Of a stretch of DNA of 44,575 nt, positions 30,829 to 38,358 are shown piece after piece (within the stretch, counting starts at the first letter, position 1; the number at the start of each line of letters is the position of its first letter). The DNA is from an uncultured Pseudomonadota bacterium (GTDB lineage Bacteria > SAR324 > XYD2-FULL-50-16), in assembly GCA_964562335.1 (NCBI GenBank), contig CAZLTI010000001.1:1-44575 (forward strand), read 5' to 3'. A program made the translations under genes and the position numbers. Under the pieces are notes generated by a model, which saw only the letters and a list, made by a program, of their open reading frames with translations, searched no databases and was not told the DNA's origin.

Positions 30829-31599
30829 CTAAAAGCGGTAATATCCCACGGCGTTGATCATGGCACCGCTGAAGTCGATCTCCACTTTATCCCCGCCGCT
30901 TTGGTCGAAGGGATCGTTGTTGGTGTCGGCGAAAGCCGTAATGCTGCGCAACTCCAATGTCCCGCCCCAGCGGGAGCCCATGGACAGTTGTATGCCGACC
31001 ATCCGCGAGTTTTGCATTCCGAAGAATGTAGTGTCTATATCGGTTCTGCCGTCTACGTCGGTGCCGTCGAAGTCTCCGCCGACGATACCCCAGCCCACTC
31101 CCAAATAGGGTTGAAGCTGTTTGTCGAACGGACTAAAGAGATACAGTTTCAGAGCGACCGACAATAGGTACATCTTCATGTCGAGATCCGGCACAGTGAT
31201 TGTACTTTCAGAGCCTTTATAGTAATTTTCCGAGGTTGCTGCAAAGTTGAGAAATTCGACTCCGTAGGAGTAGCCGCCCGGCATATCGTAGGCGATAGGC
31301 AAAAGACGGTCCCAGGTTATGCAGGGGAGAGGAATGTCGCCCGGAATCTGCCAATCGGCATTTGCGGCAAGAAAGGTCATCGGCAGTTTGCCGTCGTCGA
31401 ATTCGGCATATCCGGTAAATTTCGTATACACGGAATTTTCGAGTCCGTAGTTGTAGATGCCGGAACTGAACTGGTCCCGGTAGTTCGACCCTCCGGCAGC
31501 TTCCCGCTGCTGCGCGGCAACGTACTGGCGGCAGAGCAGTAGCAGCAAAACCGCAAGAGCAAGCCTGCCGCAGTGTGGAGATATTTTGTGCTGCGTCAT
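30829..31599 (-). CDS. Outer-membrane beta-barrel protein (family unknown)
   Basis: Signal peptide (LALAVLLLLLCRQYVAAQ), alternating beta-strand-like segments, and a terminal YYRF aromatic signature. Confidence 0.65.
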   Translation of the reverse strand: MTQHKISPHCGRLALAVLLLLLCRQYVAAQQREAAGGSNYRDQFSSGIYNYGLENSVYTKFTGYAEFDDGKLPMTFLAANADWQIPGDIPLPCITWDRLLPIAYDMPGGYSYGVEFLNFAATSENYYKGSESTITVPDLDMKMYLLSVALKLYLFSPFDKQLQPYLGVGWGIVGGDFDGTDVDGRTDIDTTFFGMQNSRMVGIQLSMGSRWGGTLELRSITAFADTNNDPFDQSGGDKVEIDFSGAMINAVGYYRF

Positions 31600-31626
31600 C
31601 GTTTCAGTTCCGCTATTTCGCCACCT

Positions 31627-32250
31627 CTACTTGAGGAGTGTGCCAATGCGCCCAAAATCGTAGCCGGCCAGCAAATTTCTGTGAGGGTTGTGGTTCCAGT
31701 AGACGATCACGCCCTTTCCCTGCACCTTTTTCTCCTCCACAAATCCCCAGTAGCGGCTGTCCTTCGAGTTGCGTCGGTTGTCGCCCATGACCCACAGTTT
31801 CCCCTCGGGCACCTTTTCCACTCTGTTTTCGGGAATCGAGTAGGCGCTCTTGTCGTGGTAGACATACTCTTGCGGCTCCAATTCGCCGTTGATGTAGAGG
31901 TTTTCCCCGATGATTTCGATCGTGTCGCCGCCGATTCCCACAACGCGCTTGATGAAGTTTTTGGACGGATCTTCCGGATAGGGAAACACGACGATATCCC
32001 CTCTCTCCACCTTCGACGGGAAGAGTTTCCTATCGGTGAAGGGAACGATCAGTCCGTAGGCAAATTTGCTTACAAACAGGTGATCGCCGATTTCGATCGT
32101 ATGGATCATGGATCCGGTGGGCACTCGATAGGGCGCAAAGATCCAGGTTCTAAAGATCAGGGCCACTATCAAGGCAAAAATAAGGGCCTCGACCCATTCC
32201 CGGACCGTTTTGTTTTTGATGAATCGTTCCAAATTGATGATTTTTTTCAT
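31627..32250 (-). CDS. lepB: Signal peptidase I
   Basis: PTGSMIHTI (catalytic Ser), KRVVGIGGDTI (Lys) and GDNRRNSKDSRYWG. Confidence 0.92.
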   Translation of the reverse strand: MKKIINLERFIKNKTVREWVEALIFALIVALIFRTWIFAPYRVPTGSMIHTIEIGDHLFVSKFAYGLIVPFTDRKLFPSKVERGDIVVFPYPEDPSKNFIKRVVGIGGDTIEIIGENLYINGELEPQEYVYHDKSAYSIPENRVEKVPEGKLWVMGDNRRNSKDSRYWGFVEEKKVQGKGVIVYWNHNPHRNLLAGYDFGRIGTLLK

Positions 32251-32314
32251 TTCCCGCAGCCTACCCTATATGTATTGATGAAACCGGAAAATTGTCCGTA
32301 ACGAAAGAGATCCT

Positions 32315-33895
32315 TTATATTCCTCTATCTTTTCCGGTGCGTTTTGTAAACAACCGGATCAGCGCATCCAACTCTTTGCTCTTCAAAACGTATGCCGTTA
32401 TGCCAAAGCAGGCGGCTCCCAACGGCAACAGCAGCGACAGGCGGGAGAGCGCGGAGAGCTGATGGAGCATCAGCTGCCGTTTGAGAGGAAACAGGAGCAC
32501 CAGCATTGCCAAAAAGATCAGCAGACTCTTCATGATCGGCTTTCCCAGGTCTTTCGAGACGAATCGCTTTACGGATATTTCTCCGATAAAACAGACGAGC
32601 AGTACCGCCTGTGCAATTTGGCTGACCGTATTGGCCAAGGCAATGCCCAGATGGCCGATAGATCGCGACGCACCGAACGCCAACAGGAGGTTGACCACCA
32701 TGACTATCGCGGAGACCTGCACGGTCCGTTTCAGTCGCTTTGCCGCCTGGTATCCGGTCAGAAGAATGCGGTTGCTGGCAATAAACGCCAAACCCAGGAT
32801 ATGAAACCGTAGCGCCCCGGCCGTTTTCACCATCGAATCCGTATCGAACCGACCCCGCATAAACAGAATCGTGACGATCTCTTCCGCTGCCACGAGAGTC
32901 ATTGCCGTCACCGGTAGAGTGACAAAGAACGAAACGCGGACCGCGTTTTGCAGTTCGATGCGGATCTCGTCCGGTCTGCTTTCGATAAAAAGATGGGAGA
33001 GTTTGGGGAGAATGACTGTCGCGATCGACACAATGAAGACCCCTAGAACCAATTCCAGCAGGCGATTGCTGAAATTCAGAGAGGATAGGGAACCCTCCTG
33101 CAGAGTGGTGGCGATCAATGTGCCGACAATGATGTTGATTTGATAAATTCCCACGCCGAAGAGAGTAGGCAGCAAAAGAGTCGCCACCCGTTTCAGGTAG
33201 ATGTCGTCGAAGCGCAGCGAACCGAGCAGCCGAAATCCGCGCACGTGCAGGAAGGGGAGCTGAAAGAGCAGCTGGGCGGCTCCTCCGATCAGTACGCCGA
33301 CCGCAAATCCGATCGTCGGATTCTCCAAATGCGGGGAGAAGAGCAGGGCGCATCCGACGATGCCGATATTCAGCAATACCGGTGTTGCGGCGGAAACCCA
33401 GAATACCGAAAAGGAGTTCAAGACTCCCTGACAGACTGCGGCCAGCGATATGAGAATGATATAGGCGAACATGAACCGCGTGAGAAAGACGGTAAGCCGC
33501 AGCGTTTCGCCGGCAAATCCCGGTGCGAAAAGGTATCGAACCAGCCAGGGGGCCGTCAGAACGAACGTCGCGCTCAGGGCTGTCAGCAGTATGGTGGAAA
33601 GCCAGAAAAAATGGCGGGAAAAGGCTAGGGCTCGGGAGCGGCCCTCCTTGCGCTGCACTTCGCAAAATACGGGGATAAAGGCGTTGGTCATCACGCCTTC
33701 GGCCGTGAGGCGTCGAAACAGATTGGGCAGACTGAAGGCCAGCGTGAAAGCATCGCTGTAGTAGCTGGTGCCCAGCAGGGAGGCTCGGACCATCTCCCGG
33801 ACGAGACCCAAAATCCGGCTAACTGCGGTAATCAACCCAACGGTGCCGATCGATTTCCATAGGGATTTTCGTTCCGGTTGGTTCGATGGACTCAT
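32315..33895 (-). CDS. murJ: Lipid II flippase MurJ (MviN)
   Basis: GLITAVSRILGLVREMVRASLLGTSYYSDAF N-terminus. About 526 aa with roughly 14 TM segments. The start is Met100 of the ORF-track ORF. Confidence 0.92.
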   Translation of the reverse strand: MSPSNQPERKSLWKSIGTVGLITAVSRILGLVREMVRASLLGTSYYSDAFTLAFSLPNLFRRLTAEGVMTNAFIPVFCEVQRKEGRSRALAFSRHFFWLSTILLTALSATFVLTAPWLVRYLFAPGFAGETLRLTVFLTRFMFAYIILISLAAVCQGVLNSFSVFWVSAATPVLLNIGIVGCALLFSPHLENPTIGFAVGVLIGGAAQLLFQLPFLHVRGFRLLGSLRFDDIYLKRVATLLLPTLFGVGIYQINIIVGTLIATTLQEGSLSSLNFSNRLLELVLGVFIVSIATVILPKLSHLFIESRPDEIRIELQNAVRVSFFVTLPVTAMTLVAAEEIVTILFMRGRFDTDSMVKTAGALRFHILGLAFIASNRILLTGYQAAKRLKRTVQVSAIVMVVNLLLAFGASRSIGHLGIALANTVSQIAQAVLLVCFIGEISVKRFVSKDLGKPIMKSLLIFLAMLVLLFPLKRQLMLHQLSALSRLSLLLPLGAACFGITAYVLKSKELDALIRLFTKRTGKDRGI

Positions 33896-33912
33896 GGCAG
33901 GTTCCGGCAAGA

Positions 33913-34332
33913 TTATTCCAGCTCCTTGCCTAAGGTTGTCATGGTCAGTGTCCCGTGCTTTACCCCTTTGGTGCCGATGAGCCGGTCGGCAAGCAGTTTG
34001 ATGTCCTTTGCCCTTCCTTTCAAAACTGCCACCTCCAGGCAGTTGGTGCGGTCCAGATGGACATGCAGAACGGACACAATGGAATCGTGGTGCACATGCT
34101 GACGCGCGTTCAATTTGTCGGAAAGCTCCCGCGTACGATGTTCGTATACCAGAGTGACGGTGCCGACGGTCTCCCGCTCTCCGTGTTCCCACTGTTTGTC
34201 TACGAGACTGCTCCTGATCAGATCCCGAATGGCTTCGGATCGGTTGGGGGTTCCTTTTGCGGCTATCAGGCCGTCGAACCTTTCGAGCAGCCTACGGTCG
34301 ATGGAAATTCCGAATCGTGCGGTTTGGGACAT
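33913..34332 (-). CDS. nikR: NikR-family nickel-responsive ribbon-helix-helix regulator
   Basis: [15 protein letters not shown] (RHH), and C-terminal ACT-like domain with [21 protein letters not shown] metal ligands. 139 aa with a GGAGGA RBS. Confidence 0.88.
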   Translation of the reverse strand: MSQTARFGISIDRRLLERFDGLIAAKGTPNRSEAIRDLIRSSLVDKQWEHGERETVGTVTLVYEHRTRELSDKLNARQHVHHDSIVSVLHVHLDRTNCLEVAVLKGRAKDIKLLADRLIGTKGVKHGTLTMTTLGKELE

Positions 34333-34373
34333 TAGGATCCTCCGCAAAATGCCAGCAAGGCACTTTTCCGTAC

Positions 34374-34679
34374 CTATTTGGATCGGATGCTCTGACCGAT
34401 CCTTTTTATTCGGTGTGAGTGAACAAATTTGTTGTACTCTTCGTGAGATCCGATCTAGAACCAGGTCATGGAATCGCTCTGCATCAATCCAAGGGCTCTC
34501 CAATTGCGACGAATGGATACGGAATATATCGGCCTGGTAGGGTGTATTTGCTTGAACCTCAATGCGGGAGCGAAGGGATCTTTTTTCCAAACTTTGTAGG
34601 CGGCTTTTGCCTCTTCTTGGATCGATATCGGCAGCTTTTTAAAACACTTTCGAAATCTTGCGTTCAACAATGATATCAC
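34374..34679 (-). pseudogene. RelE/ParE-superfamily toxin interrupted by an in-frame TAG
   Basis: The translation ...[23 protein letters not shown] stops at TAG (34455-34457). It continues in frame as [11 protein letters not shown]..., and the family's conserved C-terminus reads WFWIGSHxEY. Confidence 0.7.
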
Positions 34680-34984
34680 AACTCATCCCATCCTTTTGCC
34701 TTTAAGGTTCCTTTTTTTCTATCCTCTTCCGCTTCGCTTGCCAGATCTTCCAACACATCGACCGAGTTTGCAAAAGACATTTCCCAATTCTCATCGACCT
34801 TTTCTTGAGACGGATATTCTATTTCCGTTATGTAGAAGTAGGAACTGGGCTCTATAGGCGACATAGCTTCCGAGTGTTTTTGCGTTATGGTTCTCGGCTC
34901 GAAGAACACGGGAGTACGATTCGAATTTTCGTAATCGCGCCAGGTCTTCGGCCCGATTCGTCCGGAGTCATACCGATTTATCAT
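34676..34984 (-). CDS. Putative cognate antitoxin (assigned by position only)
   Basis: Its stop overlaps the toxin start by 4 nt. It has an acidic C-terminal tail, LEDLASEAEEDRKKGTLKAKGWDEL. The true start is uncertain, since internal Met residues exist. Confidence 0.4.
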   Translation of the reverse strand: MINRYDSGRIGPKTWRDYENSNRTPVFFEPRTITQKHSEAMSPIEPSSYFYITEIEYPSQEKVDENWEMSFANSVDVLEDLASEAEEDRKKGTLKAKGWDEL

Positions 34985-35354
34985 ATTCCCAACCGTTAAA
35001 GGTAACTTGGTCGTGTATTCCGTGCTGCACTACGCCTTGAGGATGCTCTATCCTTTGTCTGCTTAAAACCCCTTTTGTACAAAAGTAATGGCTGCCACTT
35101 GCTACACTCTCTATCAGAGCCTGCTTCATTACATATTTTTTCGACTGCGTAGCAGTCAGAATCGAATCGGGTGCATACGGTCGGTGCAATTCGAGTTCCG
35201 ATGCAATATCATCGTAAATGTTCCTATAGAGCTTATACTGCTCCATTGAAGGCATTCCAACTTTCAACCCGAGGCTTCTGGCCTCTCTTCTGAGTATCGT
35301 ATAGTCGTGACTACCCGATTCGCTGCAGAGAAAGTCGAGAATGTGTCGGATATT
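34968..35354 (-). pseudogene. 5'-truncated gene remnant of unknown family
   Basis: The open frame runs from 35354 with no ATG until 35255. The ORF-track 'M' at 35267 is a TTG. The translation NIRHILDFLCSESGSHDYTILRREARSLGLKVGMPSMEQYKLY... looks protein-like but has no recognisable start or RBS. Confidence 0.3.
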
Positions 35355-35661
35355 CTAAAGCGTGCGATTGCCGTCACTATCGGCCGACAGCGTCTGTGCG
35401 CTTGCATGCTGGGATCATTGTATCTTGTTGAATTGGAAGATATGTATGCCGGAAGAAAGCGTCAATGCTTTTTTCTGCCGTTCAAACGGGGATACTCCCT
35501 GTCGACTGAGGATCGATGCGACATTGGGCGTTTCCGGTCGGTCGCGTCCGACGATGGTCGTTGTGCCGTTTACAGGGATCGGAAAATCGGCTATGCAGTG
35601 GGGGTGTCGAAGGATGTTGTGGTCCGTTTTTGTATCGAATCTTTTCGTCGGGGAGTCGACC

Positions 35662-36354
35662 ATGGAATATTCAACGGAAGTGCAAAATATGAGGTGTGTT
35701 GTCAAGGGTCCCAAAAACGGTCCGTCGCCCATCCCGCAGGAGGGCAAATGGGTGCAGGCCAAGGAGGTAGGGGACATATCCGGGCTGACTCACGGTGTAG
35801 GCTGGTGCGCACCGCATCAGGGAGCCTGCAAGCTGACGCTGAACGTCAAGGAGGGCATTATAGAGGAGGCCCTGGTCGAGACCGTGGGCTGCACGGGAAT
35901 GACCCATTCCGCAGCCATGGCCTCCGAAATTCTTCCGGGGAAAACCATTCTGGAGGCGCTGAATTCGGACCTGGTTTGCGATGCCATCAATGTCGCCATG
36001 CGGGAGCTGTTTCAGCAGATCGTCTACGGACGAACGCAAACGGCCTTTTCCGAAGGGGGGCTTCCTATCGGAGCGGGACTGGAGGATTTGGGCAAGGGGC
36101 TGAAAAGTGTGACCGGCACCATGTACGGAACAAGCGCGAAGGGAGCCAGATATTTGGAAATGGCGGAGGGCTACGTGACGAAGATCGGTCTTGACGAGCA
36201 AGGGGAGATCGTTGGCTACTCGTTTGTCCACCTGGGAAAAATGATGGCGGAGATTGCCAAAGGCGAGGATGCGAACGAAGCCTTGAAGAGGGCGTCCGGA
36301 ACTTATGGACAATTTGACGCCGCCGCAAAGGTGATCGATCCCAGACACCAATAG
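35662..36354 (+). CDS. IscU/NifU-N-like Fe-S scaffold domain protein with about 100 aa C-terminal extension
   Basis: The Cys pattern GVGWCAPHQGACKL, VETVGCTGMTHSAAMASE and LVCDAINVAMRE parallels the three IscU cluster ligands. A GGGGAG RBS precedes the ATG at 35662. Confidence 0.8.
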   Translation: MEYSTEVQNMRCVVKGPKNGPSPIPQEGKWVQAKEVGDISGLTHGVGWCAPHQGACKLTLNVKEGIIEEALVETVGCTGMTHSAAMASEILPGKTILEALNSDLVCDAINVAMRELFQQIVYGRTQTAFSEGGLPIGAGLEDLGKGLKSVTGTMYGTSAKGARYLEMAEGYVTKIGLDEQGEIVGYSFVHLGKMMAEIAKGEDANEALKRASGTYGQFDAAAKVIDPRHQ

Positions 36355-36381
36355 TTCACTATCATGCAAAGGAGACCGTAA

Positions 36382-37380
36382 ATGGCTTTATTTGAGGGGT
36401 ACGAGCGAAGAATCGGTCAGATCTCCGCTGTATTGGAGCAGTATGGATTGAAATCGTTGGAGGAGGCGAAAACGGTCTGCAAAAAGCAAGGTGTGGATGT
36501 GGCCGGGATCGTCAGAGAGGTGCAGCCGATCTGTTTCGAGAATGCCTGCTGGGCATATACTCTTGGTGCGGCAATTTCCGTCAAAAAGGGGCAGACCAGG
36601 GCCGTAGACATAGCGGCAACTCTGGGAGAGGGACTGCAGGCGTTTTGCATACCGGGGTCCGTAGCGGACGACCGCAAAGTGGGAATCGGACACGGCAATC
36701 TGGCCTCCATGCTCCTGCGGGAGGAGACCAAGTGCTTTGCCTTCCTGGCTGGTCACGAATCGTTTGCCGCCGCCGAGGGTGCCATCGGTCTGGCCAAATC
36801 GGCCAATCGCGTCAGAAGGGAGCCTCTGAGGGTGATTTTAAACGGACTTGGCAAGGACGCGGCCCATATCATTGCCAGAATCAATGGCTTCACCCATGTA
36901 AAAACTCGGTTCGACTACACATCCGGAAAGATCGAAATTGTCGCGGAAACGGCCTATTCGGAAGGCGAGCGCGCAAAAGTGCGATGCTACGGAGCGGATG
37001 ATGTGCGGGAAGGGGTCGCGATCAACCACCTGGAAGGGGTCGACGTATCGATCACGGGGAATTCGACCAATCCTACGCGGTTTCAGCATCCCGTGGCCGG
37101 CACCTACAAAAAGGAGTGCAACGCACAGGGGAAGAGGTACTTTTCCGTTGCATCCGGCGGAGGAACCGGCAGAACTCTGCATCCGGACAATATGGGAGCG
37201 GGTCCGGCCTCCTACGGCATGACCGATACGATGGGACGAATGCACTCGGACGCGCAGTTCGCCGGCTCCTCCTCCGTTCCGGCGCATGTGGAAATGATGG
37301 GTCTGATCGGAATGGGAAACAATCCTATGGTCGGAGCCTCCGTAGCCGTAGCCGTAGCCCTGCAGCAAGCATGCAGCTAG
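36382..37380 (+). CDS. GGGtGRT-family protein (function unknown)
   Basis: The literal motif SVASGGGTGRTLHPDN is present. About 332 aa, the expected length for this family as I recall it. It lies 27 nt downstream of the IscU-like gene. Confidence 0.85.
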   Translation: MALFEGYERRIGQISAVLEQYGLKSLEEAKTVCKKQGVDVAGIVREVQPICFENACWAYTLGAAISVKKGQTRAVDIAATLGEGLQAFCIPGSVADDRKVGIGHGNLASMLLREETKCFAFLAGHESFAAAEGAIGLAKSANRVRREPLRVILNGLGKDAAHIIARINGFTHVKTRFDYTSGKIEIVAETAYSEGERAKVRCYGADDVREGVAINHLEGVDVSITGNSTNPTRFQHPVAGTYKKECNAQGKRYFSVASGGGTGRTLHPDNMGAGPASYGMTDTMGRMHSDAQFAGSSSVPAHVEMMGLIGMGNNPMVGASVAVAVALQQACS

Positions 37381-37521
37381 CGGCAGGAGCGGTTTTGCCT
37401 GCTTTGCGGAAATCCGTCGGGCAGCGGGAGGAGTTGCGCTGTCGATGAACCGGCAATGCTATTGCCTGTTTCGGGATGTTTCCCACGGGAAACCCCATCA
37501 TTCGCATTTACCGGACGGGAA

Positions 37522-38358
37522 ATGGAACTAGCTGCCGTGCTTTTTGGCGTCGCAGCCGCTTTAAGCTGGGGGGCCGGCGATTTCAGCGGCGGTATTGCCT
37601 CCAAAAGAAACTCGGTGCTGACCGTCGTTTTGGTTTCGCAGTGCATCGGATGGGCCGCTCTGTTCGGCGCTACGGTCGTCTTATCCCGCAACCTTCCTTC
37701 GCTCGAATCTTTGTATGCGAGCGTTTTGGCGGGTGCGATCGGCATGGGGAGCGTGGTGATTTTGTACCGGTGCCTTTCCCGTACCAAAATGGGGATCGTG
37801 GCTCCCGTCACGGCGATCACGAGCGTCGTACTGCCGGTGGCGGTCGGGATGATCCGGGAGGGAATGCCTCCGGGCCACAAACTTCTGGGGTTCGGATTCG
37901 CCGTTGTCGCGGTACTGTTTCTGACGGCAGGAGAGCGGCACGAAAAGGTTCGGGCGAAAGATGTGGTCATGCCGTTCCTCGCCGGCTGCGGACTCGGACT
38001 GTTCTATATCATCCTGGATCGTATCGTCGAAGAGGATGTATTGTGGCCTTTGGTGGCGATTCGCCTCTCCTCCATTCTGCTGCTGGCATCTCTTTTTCTC
38101 CTGCAGAAACGGAAGATCTCTCTGGCGGCAGGGAGCCTGACGTATGTCTCTCTGGCAGGCGTTCTCGATATCGGCGGCAACCTGTTTTTTGCGTTGGGGA
38201 CAAAATTCGGCCGTCTGGACATTACTTCGGTACTCAGTTCGCTCTATCCGGCCGCTACCGTTTTTCTGGCGCGTCTTGTCCTGCAGGAGCGGCTATCCCG
38301 CATGCAGTGGACGGGCGTTTCCCTTACCATGGTGGCTTTGACGCTCGTCGCTCTCTAG
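37522..38358 (+). CDS. EamA/DMT-family transporter
   Basis: About 278 aa with ten hydrophobic segments in two halves, and an N-terminal SWGAGDFSGG. The start is the ATG at 37522. Confidence 0.85.
   Translation: MELAAVLFGVAAALSWGAGDFSGGIASKRNSVLTVVLVSQCIGWAALFGATVVLSRNLPSLESLYASVLAGAIGMGSVVILYRCLSRTKMGIVAPVTAITSVVLPVAVGMIREGMPPGHKLLGFGFAVVAVLFLTAGERHEKVRAKDVVMPFLAGCGLGLFYIILDRIVEEDVLWPLVAIRLSSILLLASLFLLQKRKISLAAGSLTYVSLAGVLDIGGNLFFALGTKFGRLDITSVLSSLYPAATVFLARLVLQERLSRMQWTGVSLTMVALTLVAL

Noticed and set aside
32325-33665. A 446-aa minus-strand ORF.
   Set aside because: It is an alternative frame inside murJ, with an Arg/Gly/Ser-rich translation. The murJ frame carries clear family signatures.
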